Source: Bacteroidales bacterium UBA1458 (GTDB taxonomy: Bacteria > Bacteroidota > Bacteroidia > Bacteroidales > VadinHA17). Taken from it: a stretch of 36,924 nt of DNA. Below, piece by piece: positions 19,201 to 27,921 of the stretch. Position 1 is the stretch's first letter; each line of letters begins with the position of its first letter. The notes beneath the pieces are model-generated. The model saw nothing but the letters and a program-made list of their open reading frames with translations, did not search any database and was not told the DNA's origin. The DNA lies in assembly GCA_002325785.1 (NCBI GenBank), contig DCSU01000158.1:30141-67064 (forward strand). The letters are read 5' to 3'. Both the position numbers and the translations under genes were made by a program.

Positions 19201-20001
19201 TCATCCGCCTTTTTTTACATGTATTCCGAGGGGACTGAGTATGTCAATGTACTCATCCAGATAACCGTTCGACACCTGTTTGACTGATGCCATCCTGTCT
19301 TCCATCTCAAAAAGACGGTACTTTGAACTGCCTGTCTTGTGATAGGGAAGCAGGTTTATCTCTTTTATGTGTCCGGTGTTCCGGCTGCCAATGAAATCAC
19401 GAAGTGTTTCCATATAGGCGGCATCAGCCGAAACACCCGGAATGACGGGGATACGAATCATCACATCCTTTCCTTCTGCCAGCAGCATGTCAAGGTTTGA
19501 GATTATGAGTCCGTTGCTCACTCCGGTGAACTTTTTATGCACCTCCGGATCAGTATGCTTGATGTCATAAAGGAAGAGATCGGTGAGACCCATAACTGAC
19601 TGGAGTATCTCCCGGCTTACATATCCCGAAGTGTCAACTGTTGTATGGAACCCTGCACTTTTCAAAAGAGTCAGTGTCTCAATCAGGAACTCAGGCTGCA
19701 TCAGAGGCTCTCCCCCGGAGAAGGTCACGCCGCCCCCCGAGTGCTCCATGAATACCCTGTCAACCTCAGCCTTCGCTATTATCTCCTCTGGTGCATATTC
19801 ATGGCCCACCTGTTCCTGTGACATGAACTCCCTGCGGCCTATCCTGTCAGTTCTTTCAACCATCCTGATGCCGGGCACCTTACCCTCAGGATTGTGGCAC
19901 CACCAGCAGTCGAGGAAACATCCCTTCATGAAGAAGGTAACCCTGATACCTGGGCCGTCATGAATTGCATACCTTTTTATACTGAATATTAAGCCTTTCA
20001 T
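19201..20001 (-). CDS. Glycyl-radical enzyme activating enzyme (radical SAM)
   Basis: HDGPGIR, GCFLDCWWCHNPE (CxxxCxxC), GGVTFSGGEP, DTSG, LLPYH; immediately upstream of the GRE. Confidence 0.92.
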   Translation of the reverse strand: MKGLIFSIKRYAIHDGPGIRVTFFMKGCFLDCWWCHNPEGKVPGIRMVERTDRIGRREFMSQEQVGHEYAPEEIIAKAEVDRVFMEHSGGGVTFSGGEPLMQPEFLIETLTLLKSAGFHTTVDTSGYVSREILQSVMGLTDLFLYDIKHTDPEVHKKFTGVSNGLIISNLDMLLAEGKDVMIRIPVIPGVSADAAYMETLRDFIGSRNTGHIKEINLLPYHKTGSSKYRLFEMEDRMASVKQVSNGYLDEYIDILSPLGIHVKKGG

Positions 20002-20171
20002 AAAGATTTAACTAAAACCTGAATGGTAGTGGAATGGAAGCAGCGGAGCCGTCGGGGGGCCCTCACAGAAAGGCTATCAGTTATAGAACATAAGGCAGTG
20101 ATACAGCCTGCGTCCGAGGCGATTCATCATAAACCTGTGTTCCAGTCTGTGCATATCATTAAAATGATGAA

Positions 20172-20204
20172 CAAAATTACTGAAAATCAGGGAAGAATTG
20201 CAAA
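20172..20204 (-). promoter_or_regulatory. Bacteroidota housekeeping promoter for the activase-hypD operon
   Basis: Minus strand reads TTTG (20204-20201), 21-nt spacer, TAATTTTG (20179-20172), matching TTTG-N19-21-TAnnTTTG. Confidence 0.65.
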
Positions 20205-20314
20205 AACTCCGATAAATCATTACACAGAAGACTTTTTCGGCTTTATATTATCTTGATATACTGATTTTTATGAGATATTGAGCACGATTAACAAAAGTTT
20301 AACGGAAAGAATGT

Positions 20315-20340
20315 GCAACACTGTGAGGGGTTGCCGGTCT
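20315..20340 (+). promoter_or_regulatory. Possible ECF-sigma promoter
   Basis: GCAAC-N17-GTCT about 80 nt upstream of the 151-aa gene; I saw no TAnnTTTG box in that leader. Confidence 0.4.
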
Positions 20341-20421
20341 TTATACTGAAAAGAAGATGGAAAAGGACAGTTCCGCTTTTTCTCAAGGACAGTTTAAGTG
20401 TAAAACAAAAACGGGTTAGTC

Positions 20422-20877
20422 ATGAAAAGAATTTATTTTGCTCTGTTACTCTTTGCCTGTATGGCTGTGGCCTCTTACGGCAAAGTTATTGTAAAGGGGA
20501 ATTCCAACACCCCATTCGGAAGGTACACTATCGAGGTCTGTGATCAGCCGATGATGCTTGCGGGCGAAGCTCTCGAATGCTATCTCATCAGCTATGACAG
20601 TTCACCGCTGACAATCAAGGTCTTTGTTGACAAAGATAAAAGATGCAAAAACTATGTTGTGGTCTCCGATGAGCTGTCAGTGATGTACACCTGCAATGGT
20701 AAGTACTTCGGTGTCAACAAGGTTGCCAAACAGTACGGGAGCGCCGGGTTAAGCACTGATGAAGACCGGCTTGACAGGTTAGACTATTTCCATCAGAAAG
20801 TTCTTGCACAGGGCAAGACCGACGATTTTGATGCTACCAGGCTCATCGCAGCCTATTTCCCGGATCTCATCAAATAG
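20422..20877 (+). CDS. Secreted hypothetical protein
   Basis: Clear signal peptide (MKRIYFALLLFACMAVASYG), protein-like composition, AT-rich leader and own terminator. Confidence 0.8.
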   Translation: MKRIYFALLLFACMAVASYGKVIVKGNSNTPFGRYTIEVCDQPMMLAGEALECYLISYDSSPLTIKVFVDKDKRCKNYVVVSDELSVMYTCNGKYFGVNKVAKQYGSAGLSTDEDRLDRLDYFHQKVLAQGKTDDFDATRLIAAYFPDLIK

Positions 20878-20953
20878 ATCCGGAAGAAAGACTTTTTTTT
20901 TCCTTCCTTAATCAGGCCGTCCGGCCTGTCTACGATCAGGTTTAGGTTGAAAT

Positions 20954-20988
20954 GAAGATACCCCGCAGCGGGTATCTTCTTCTTTTTA
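20954..20988 (+). terminator. Intrinsic terminator
   Basis: 10-bp stem gaagataccc / gggtatcttc, 6-nt loop, followed by ttcttttt. Confidence 0.8.
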
Positions 20989-21025
20989 TATTGACAATTA
21001 TCACATGAAAGTGCGGTATCTGAGT

Positions 21026-21033
21026 TATCTTTG
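21026..21033 (+). promoter_or_regulatory. Bacteroidota -7 promoter box
   Basis: TATCTTTG about 50 nt upstream of the ATG at 21085; no clear -33 element. Confidence 0.55.
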
Positions 21034-21084
21034 ACATGAAAAGCCAGCGGATCATTTTTACAAATCCCGGGACCTTTAAAGACT

Positions 21085-22830
21085 ATGAAACAGAAGATAA
21101 AATTCAGTCTCCTTTACCGAGATATGTGGCAGTCATCAGGCAAGTACCAGCCCAGGGTTGACCAGTTGTCTGCAGTGGCTCCCCACATTGTGAACATGGG
21201 TTGTTTTGACCGTATTGAGACCAACGGAGGAGCATTTGAGCAGGTTCAGCTTCTATATGGGGAGAATCCCAATGCTGCCGTCAGGGAGTGGTTAAAGCCG
21301 TTCAACAGGGCAGGCATACAGACACATATGCTTGAGCGTGCACTGAATGGCATAAGGATGTATCCTGTACCTGCCGATGTCAGGCGTCTGATGTACAAAG
21401 TAAAAAAAGCGCAGGGTGTAGATATTGCGCGTTCATTTTGCGGTCTTAATGATCACCGTAACCTCGAGCTTTCCGTGAAATATGCGCGTGAGGCAGGCAT
21501 GATCTCACAGGCTGCTCTTTCAATCACCCACTCTCCTGTTCACACTGTTGATTACTTCATGGGAGTGGTTGACCATGTTGTAGAGTACGGTGCAGATGAA
21601 ATCTGTCTGAAGGATATGGCGGGTGTAGGCAGGCCTGCATCCCTGGGGGAGCTGGTGAAAAGGATTAAAAAGAAATACCCTGGCATGATAGTGCAGTATC
21701 ACGGTCACAGTGGTCCGGGCATGTCGGTCGCTTCCATGCTCGAAGTAGCCAGGGCCGGGGCAGACTATCTTGATGTGGCAATGGAGCCTCTTAGCTGGGG
21801 AATGGTACATCCTGATATACTGGCCATACAGGCTATCATGAAGGATGCCGGGTTTGAGGTACCGGAGATCAACATGGATGAGTATATGAAAGTCCGTTCA
21901 CTCACCCAGGAATTCATTGACGATTTCCTTGGTTACTTCATTGACCAGCGCAACAGGCAGATGACCTCTCTGCTGATCGGTTCAGGTCTTCCCGGAGGTA
22001 TGATGGGCAGCATGATGGCTGATCTCAAGGGAGTTCACCAGGGTATCAACGCGGCACTCAAAGCAAAGGGCAAACCGGAACTATCAGAAGACGAGCTGGT
22101 TGTATGGCTTTTCAGGGAGGTAGAGCACATCTGGCCCATGATGGGCTACCCGCCCCTGGTTACACCCTTCAGCCAGTATGTTAAGAACGTCGCACTGATG
22201 AACATCATCTCACTGGTAAACGGCAAAGAGCGATTTGCAATGATAGACCCGAACTCATGGGACATGCTCCTTGGTCGCGCAGGCACACTGCCGGGGCCCC
22301 TGGCGCCTGAGCTGATTGCGCTTGCAAAAAATGAGGGTAAAGAGTTTTACGATGGCAACCCCCAGGATAATTATCCTGATGCCCTTGACGGTTTTCGCAC
22401 GGAGATGGAACAGAACGGATGGCCCCTCGGCCCGGATGAGGAGGAGCTGTTTGAACTGGCGATGCACGACAGGCAGTACCGCGATTATAAATCTGGCGCC
22501 GCAAAGAGCCGCTTCCTGAAGGAAGTGGAAGATAAAAAGGCCGAGATGCTGCAGGGGGGGCAGGTGAAGGTCTCAAAGAAACAGCTCCTGCCGGCTCCCG
22601 AGGACGGAACAGCACTGATCTACTCCGGCGCAACCTCAACATACTGGCCTGAAGAAGAGCTGCTGACTGCAGGCGGGGAGGTGAAAAAGGGTGAGATACT
22701 GATGTATCTAATGATCGGTAAAAGCATCAGAGAGGTGCGCTCTGACCGCGACGGAGTGGTCAACAAAATACTTGTGAAGAGCGGAGATAAAGTCAAAAAG
22801 GGTGACCCGCTGATCGAATACCGACAGTAG
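21085..22830 (+). CDS. Oxaloacetate decarboxylase alpha / pyruvate carboxylase B-like carboxyltransferase with C-terminal biotinyl/lipoyl-like domain
   Basis: YRDMWQS, CLKDMAG, HGHSG, LPGGM, GYPPLVTPFSQYV; C-terminal GDKVKKGDPL. Confidence 0.85.
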   Translation: MKQKIKFSLLYRDMWQSSGKYQPRVDQLSAVAPHIVNMGCFDRIETNGGAFEQVQLLYGENPNAAVREWLKPFNRAGIQTHMLERALNGIRMYPVPADVRRLMYKVKKAQGVDIARSFCGLNDHRNLELSVKYAREAGMISQAALSITHSPVHTVDYFMGVVDHVVEYGADEICLKDMAGVGRPASLGELVKRIKKKYPGMIVQYHGHSGPGMSVASMLEVARAGADYLDVAMEPLSWGMVHPDILAIQAIMKDAGFEVPEINMDEYMKVRSLTQEFIDDFLGYFIDQRNRQMTSLLIGSGLPGGMMGSMMADLKGVHQGINAALKAKGKPELSEDELVVWLFREVEHIWPMMGYPPLVTPFSQYVKNVALMNIISLVNGKERFAMIDPNSWDMLLGRAGTLPGPLAPELIALAKNEGKEFYDGNPQDNYPDALDGFRTEMEQNGWPLGPDEEELFELAMHDRQYRDYKSGAAKSRFLKEVEDKKAEMLQGGQVKVSKKQLLPAPEDGTALIYSGATSTYWPEEELLTAGGEVKKGEILMYLMIGKSIREVRSDRDGVVNKILVKSGDKVKKGDPLIEYRQ

Positions 22831-22934
22831 CCTGACCTCCGTTTAAGGAGGTTGGCAAACTCAATTAACCCCAGTTTTTTGAATTGTGGCCATTAATCCA
22901 TATTTTTAGCCTTCTAAACCCAAACCCTACCGTT

Positions 22935-25028
22935 ATGAAAAAACTGTTCATTATGCTTTTGATTGCTTCAATCGGGGCAGTATCCTGCAAGAAGGAGACC
23001 TGCGAGAATCCGTTTTACTGCGACTGGGATACGCCCTTTGAGGTACCCCCCTTTGACCTGATCAAATTTGAACATTTCAAGCCAGCCTACCTGAAAGGCA
23101 TGGAGGAGCAGATGGCTGAAGTAAATACCATCATCAACAACACTGAGGAACCTACCTTTGACAACACAGTCAGGGCAATGCAGTTCACAGGCCAGCTACT
23201 GGCGAAGGTGCAGCGTGCCATGGGTCCGCTGAGCGGAGCCAATACCAATGACTCCATCCAGGCACTTCAGAGGGATATGTCTCCCCTCTTCTCAAAGCAC
23301 AACGACGATATTTCACTGAATGAAAAACTCTTTGAAAGGGTAAAATCGGTTTACGAAAACCGTGACAGGTTCAACCTTACCCCTGAGGAAAGCAAGCTGC
23401 TCGAAGACGAGTATCTCGACTTCATCCGCAGCGGTATCGGTCTCTCCCCTGAGGATAAAGACAAGCTTCGTCAGCTTAACAGCGAGCAGTCGCTTCTCTC
23501 CATTAAATTTGGTCAGAATCTGCTGGCTGAGACCAACGGCTTCACCCTCGTCATTGACAACGAGCAAGACCTGTCCGGACTTCCTGAAGGTGTCAGGGCG
23601 CAGGCTGCAGCCGCTGCAAATGAAAAGGGCGTGGAGGGCAAATGGCTTTTCACCCTGCAAAATCCCAGCTATATCCCCTTCATGACATACGCTGACAACA
23701 GGGCGCTCCGGGAGAAGATATTCAGAGGATACATGATGCGTGGCAACAACGGCAATGAGAATGACAACAACCAGATTCTTGCTGATATCATCAGGCTTCG
23801 CGTTGAAAAAGCCAGGCTTCTCGGCTACGAAAGTCACGCCGACTATGTACTTGAGCGCAACATGGCCAAAGAGCCCGAGATTGTTCTTAATTTCCTTGCC
23901 CAGATATGGGAAGCCGCCCTGCCGGTAGCAAAGGCAGAGGCAGCAGCACAGCAGGAGATGATTGACAGGGAAGGCGGCAAGTTCAACCTTGAGCCATGGG
24001 ACTGGTTCTACTACACTGAAAAAATCCGCAAGGAAAAGTATGACCTGAGCGATGAGGAGACAAAGCCCTATTTCTCAGCAAAAAACGTCACCGACGGTAT
24101 GTTTTATGTTGCCAACAGGCTTTACGGGCTGGAGTTCAGCGAAAGGAATGACATTCCGCTGTATCATCCTGACGTAAAAACCTTTGAGGTAAAAAGAGAC
24201 CAGAAGCATGTGGGTATCCTCATGATCGACTATCACCCGAGAGCTTCCAAGCGCGGAGGTGCATGGTGCAGCGGCATCAGGCCACAGAGGCTGGACGAGA
24301 AAGGCAAATTCGTGACCCCGCTGGTGAGCATGGTTACCAACTTCACTCCCCCTTCAGGTGATACACCCTCACTGCTCACCCCTGACGAGGCAAGCACCCT
24401 TTTCCATGAGTTCGGCCATGCACTGCACAGCCTGCTTTCAAACACCGAATATACAAGTGGTGTCTCACGCGACTTTGTGGAGCTGCCCTCGCAGATTATG
24501 GAGCACTGGGTCTTCGAACCCGAAGTGCTGAAGGTGTACGCCAAGCATTACCAGACAGGCGAGATTATTCCTGACGCACTGATAGAGAAGATTGAGAATG
24601 CAGGCAAGTTCAATGCCGGCTTCACCACTGTCGAGTACCTGGCAGCCTCCTCGCTTGACATGGAGTACCACTCTCTGACCGAACCGGCAGAGATCAATAT
24701 CGGTGAGTTTGAAAAGAACGCCATGGACAAGTACGGTCTGATAAAGGAGATTATCCCCCGCTACAGGTCTACTTACTTCAACCACATCATCGGAGGCTAT
24801 GCAGCAGGTTACTACAGCTACATCTGGTGTGAGCAGCTTGATGCCGATGCGTTCAAGGCATTCAAGGAGACAGGTGATATCTTCAACCCTGAGGTTGCCG
24901 CCCGCTTCGAGAAGGAGATCCTGGCCCGCAAAGGATCAAAGGATGAGCTTGAGATGTGGATAGCCTTCAGGGGACGCGAGCCGGGCATTGAGGCCCTGCT
25001 TGAAAACCGTGGCCTGTTGAATAAATAA
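22935..25028 (+). CDS. dcp: M3-family metallopeptidase (peptidyl-dipeptidase Dcp-like), lipoprotein
   Basis: Start moved to ATG 22935 giving lipoprotein signal MKKLFIMLLIASIGAVSC; KRGGAW, FHEFGHALH (HExxH), DFVELPSQ, GYAAGYYSY. Confidence 0.9.
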   Translation: MKKLFIMLLIASIGAVSCKKETCENPFYCDWDTPFEVPPFDLIKFEHFKPAYLKGMEEQMAEVNTIINNTEEPTFDNTVRAMQFTGQLLAKVQRAMGPLSGANTNDSIQALQRDMSPLFSKHNDDISLNEKLFERVKSVYENRDRFNLTPEESKLLEDEYLDFIRSGIGLSPEDKDKLRQLNSEQSLLSIKFGQNLLAETNGFTLVIDNEQDLSGLPEGVRAQAAAAANEKGVEGKWLFTLQNPSYIPFMTYADNRALREKIFRGYMMRGNNGNENDNNQILADIIRLRVEKARLLGYESHADYVLERNMAKEPEIVLNFLAQIWEAALPVAKAEAAAQQEMIDREGGKFNLEPWDWFYYTEKIRKEKYDLSDEETKPYFSAKNVTDGMFYVANRLYGLEFSERNDIPLYHPDVKTFEVKRDQKHVGILMIDYHPRASKRGGAWCSGIRPQRLDEKGKFVTPLVSMVTNFTPPSGDTPSLLTPDEASTLFHEFGHALHSLLSNTEYTSGVSRDFVELPSQIMEHWVFEPEVLKVYAKHYQTGEIIPDALIEKIENAGKFNAGFTTVEYLAASSLDMEYHSLTEPAEINIGEFEKNAMDKYGLIKEIIPRYRSTYFNHIIGGYAAGYYSYIWCEQLDADAFKAFKETGDIFNPEVAARFEKEILARKGSKDELEMWIAFRGREPGIEALLENRGLLNK

Positions 25029-25042
25029 TAAATAATATCCAG

Positions 25043-27139
25043 GTGAGTGTGCTGAAAAAGATTATTCTCTCGCTGTTCTGCATCGTTCTTCTGTCTAACC
25101 ATGCCGTCGCTACCACGCCAAGGATGACGGAGGGCGTGCTAGACCTTAGAAATATCCAGCAGGGCGACGATTTTTCCGTGCGGATGAACGGCGAGTGGGA
25201 GTTCTTTTTCGGCACATTCATTTATGGTACCCCCGGTAAAATTCAGGACACCCTCCAGCCTGACTGTTACGGGAAAGTGCCGGGATACTGGAATGAATAT
25301 ACCGTTGACGGAGTGCAGCTGCCACCATTTGGGTACGGCACTTACAGGGCTCTGATTCTTCTTCCCTCAGGATACCGTGACCGGATGGGCATAGACATGC
25401 CCGTCTTCGACACCTCTTACGAGATAGCGATAAACGGCGTCACCGTTGCAAGAAACGGTACTCCGGCACGCAGCAGAGCCGAGTCTATTCCCTCTTATGA
25501 GCCTCTTTTCTTCAGCTATCTGCCAGGCAAGGACACCCTTGAGATACTGATCCGGGTATCAAACTACGAACATCGCAGGGGTGGCTTCTGGATGCCTATG
25601 AAGGTGGGCACATTCCATTCCATCCAGACCAATTTCACAAACCAGTGGTTCATCTCCATAGCTGCTTCGGGTATGCTGTTCTCCTCGTTCCTCTTCTTTT
25701 TCATCTTCTATCTGCTCGACAGAAGGGACAGAAAACTGCTGATGTTCTCCATACTGGTGCTCTGCCTGGCGCTCAGGCCTTTTCTGTCGGCGCCCTACCT
25801 TGTCACGATAACGAATGTCACCAACTGGAATCTGATCGTCAGGGGAGAATACCTTATACTTTTCATGATGATAGCATCCGGTGCCTGGCTCGCATGCATG
25901 ATATACCCCACCCGCTGGTTCAGGAAATTCGCCCTGGCAGTTGATGTCATATTCCTTGCAGGCGTTATCCTTGTGCTCACGCTGCCGGTATATCTCTTTT
26001 CATATTCAGTGTGGGTTGTTCAGGCAACAGCTATTTTTGCGCTGCTTTACGTCATCACAATGAGCATGAAAGGAGTGCTCAGGCGAAGATGGATCGATCT
26101 GCTTTACCTTATAGCATTCCTCGCCATCGGGTTTGGGGTCATCGCTGACATCCTGCTTGCCAATGCACTGGAGGAAAACCAGCAGCTTTATATTCTCTCA
26201 TTCCTGATGCTTGTGTTTGTAATGATACAGGCCACCCTTCTTATCCGTGAATGGATAAGTTCAGGCAGGGAGAGGGAGAAGCTCTCATTACAGCTGGAAG
26301 AACTGAACAGGAGCCTGGAGACGCGGGTTGAGAAGAGAACCAGGGAGCTGAGGGAGAAGAGTGACGAGCTTAACGCACGTAATGAGCAGATAGCACAGCA
26401 GAACAGAAAGCTGTCTGAGACCATCAGCCTCAAGAATAAAATCTTCTCAGTAATATCACATGACCTGCGCAGCCCCGTCGTGAATATCCTCTATTCACTC
26501 TATCTGCTCAAGGAAGAGGAATATCGCGATAAGACAGAGTCGCTGGCGGATTCGTGCATCCAGTATTCACAGATGCTGATCACCCTGCTGGAGAATATGC
26601 TTGTATGGGGCAGAGGACAGGAAGGCATGATCCGCAATTCACCGGCTGAAAACGACATTGCGGACATCATCCTGACCAACATAAGCATACTGAAAGACAG
26701 CGCGGACAGGAAGAACATCTCACTCAACTTCACCCAGGTTGGCCGGTCAAAGGGATGGTTTGACAGAGACCTTGCAGATATAATCATAAGGAACCTTCTG
26801 TCAAACGCTATCAAATACACCAATCACGGCGGCCGTGTAACCATCCATGTGAAAGAGAGGGAAGAATCAGGCGAATGGGTAATAATCAGGGTATGTGACA
26901 ACGGTGTTGGCATAAGTGCAGATCGTCAGCAGACGATCTTTACCGGTAACGAAATATTCACTACCCAGGGAACCGATTCCGAGAAGGGAACAGGCATAGG
27001 ACTGAAACTCGTTCATGAGCTCGTAACGATCAGCAAGGGGACTATCACAGTAGAGAGCACCCCCGGTAACGGCAGCTGCTTCACAGTCACCCTGCCCGGA
27101 CCGGGGCATGAACGAAAAGGGCGTGACATGCTTATCTGA
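25043..27139 (+). CDS. Sensor histidine kinase with extracytoplasmic beta-sandwich and 7TM (7TM-DISM-like) input
   Basis: Signal peptide; GVLDLR/NGEWEFF/VPGYWN/GYGTYR domain; about 7 TM helices; coiled coil; H-box SHDLRSP, N-box NLLSNAIKY, DNGVG, GTGIGL. Confidence 0.88.
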   Translation: MSVLKKIILSLFCIVLLSNHAVATTPRMTEGVLDLRNIQQGDDFSVRMNGEWEFFFGTFIYGTPGKIQDTLQPDCYGKVPGYWNEYTVDGVQLPPFGYGTYRALILLPSGYRDRMGIDMPVFDTSYEIAINGVTVARNGTPARSRAESIPSYEPLFFSYLPGKDTLEILIRVSNYEHRRGGFWMPMKVGTFHSIQTNFTNQWFISIAASGMLFSSFLFFFIFYLLDRRDRKLLMFSILVLCLALRPFLSAPYLVTITNVTNWNLIVRGEYLILFMMIASGAWLACMIYPTRWFRKFALAVDVIFLAGVILVLTLPVYLFSYSVWVVQATAIFALLYVITMSMKGVLRRRWIDLLYLIAFLAIGFGVIADILLANALEENQQLYILSFLMLVFVMIQATLLIREWISSGREREKLSLQLEELNRSLETRVEKRTRELREKSDELNARNEQIAQQNRKLSETISLKNKIFSVISHDLRSPVVNILYSLYLLKEEEYRDKTESLADSCIQYSQMLITLLENMLVWGRGQEGMIRNSPAENDIADIILTNISILKDSADRKNISLNFTQVGRSKGWFDRDLADIIIRNLLSNAIKYTNHGGRVTIHVKEREESGEWVIIRVCDNGVGISADRQQTIFTGNEIFTTQGTDSEKGTGIGLKLVHELVTISKGTITVESTPGNGSCFTVTLPGPGHERKGRDMLI

Positions 27140-27148
27140 TTCCTGCCA

Positions 27149-27820
27149 TCACCCCTCAGAGAGCCTTGACAGGCCCCTGATATCGAGCAGCCTGACCTCG
27201 CGCCTGTTTACCGCAATGAGACCCTCATCCTCCATCTCCCCTATGGCCCTGGCAAGTGACGGCCGGGTCACCCCGAAGAACTCCGAGAGTTCCTGCTGAG
27301 TGCGGTCAACAATCACCCTGCCCGAAATAGCCCCGGGAAGTGAGGATAGGTAATAGGCAAACTTACCCCTTATGGTACGGAATGAGAGGAACCTGATCCT
27401 GCCTGAAAGAAAGAGAGCCTTGGTACAGATCACGGTGAGATAGTTGGAGAGGATCCGCGTGTCGCTCTTCATGAGGGTCAGGTAATCGGCCTTGCCAATT
27501 ATCAGCAACTCTGAATCCATGTTAGCTATTACATTTACCGGATAATGTGCTCCTGCGCCATAAATGAATGCTGACGCCAGAGCCTGGGGAGGATTGACAT
27601 CTTCGATCTTAATGGTGCGGCCCGCCAGGTCGGTCATCTCACCCTTCATGCTGCCCGAAAGCACAATCATTACCGAGGATATCTCCTCCCCTGCCAGGGC
27701 AGCCACCGCTCCGGCATGGAAGAACCTTACCCTGTAGTTCACGCTTTCAAGAAGACCTTCAATCTCGGTATCATCAAGGCCGGCAAACAGCGGCGATCGT
27801 CTCAGAACAGGAAACTTCAT
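27149..27820 (-). CDS. hcpR: Crp/Fnr-family regulator, HcpR-like
   Basis: cNMP-like N-domain, HTH TQQELSEFFGVTRPSLAR; divergent from the Fe-S protein/hcp operon. Confidence 0.82.
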   Translation of the reverse strand: MKFPVLRRSPLFAGLDDTEIEGLLESVNYRVRFFHAGAVAALAGEEISSVMIVLSGSMKGEMTDLAGRTIKIEDVNPPQALASAFIYGAGAHYPVNVIANMDSELLIIGKADYLTLMKSDTRILSNYLTVICTKALFLSGRIRFLSFRTIRGKFAYYLSSLPGAISGRVIVDRTQQELSEFFGVTRPSLARAIGEMEDEGLIAVNRREVRLLDIRGLSRLSEG

Positions 27821-27852
27821 TTTTTTTGTTAAAAATAAAGATAATTCGCAAT

Positions 27853-27870
27853 TTGTAACAATTGTTACAA
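27853..27870. promoter_or_regulatory. HcpR(2)-type operator
   Basis: Perfect palindrome TTGTAACAATTGTTACAA between hcpR and the hcp operon, resembling the GTAAC-N4-GTTAC HcpR2 motif. Confidence 0.8.
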
Positions 27871-27890
27871 TCTATATTTTGCCCGTAAGG

Positions 27891-27898
27891 TACATTTG
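27891..27898 (+). promoter_or_regulatory. -7 promoter box of the hcp operon
   Basis: TACATTTG matches TAnnTTTG, 23 nt before the ATG. Confidence 0.65.
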
Positions 27899-27921
27899 CA
27901 TTGTAAACAGATAGAAAATCA

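Noticed and set aside
18360-19238. 292-aa plus-strand ORF
   Set aside because: Antisense to hypD; composition typical of a reverse-frame shadow
20002-20171. Known riboswitch in the hypD leader
   Set aside because: I could not recognise consensus elements of TPP, cobalamin, SAM, FMN, glycine or T-box RNAs by eye; an Rfam scan would be needed
20023-20256. 77-aa plus-strand ORF in the intergenic region
   Set aside because: Runs across the minus-strand promoter and leader of the activase; no recognisable features
22832-22855. Hairpin cctcc-gtttaa-ggagg after the carboxyltransferase gene
   Set aside because: Short stem without an adjacent U-tract; too weak to call a terminator
22884-22934. TTG-initiated N-terminal extension of the M3 peptidase
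   Set aside because: ATG at 22935 gives a canonical lipoprotein signal; the extension is AT-rich leader sequence
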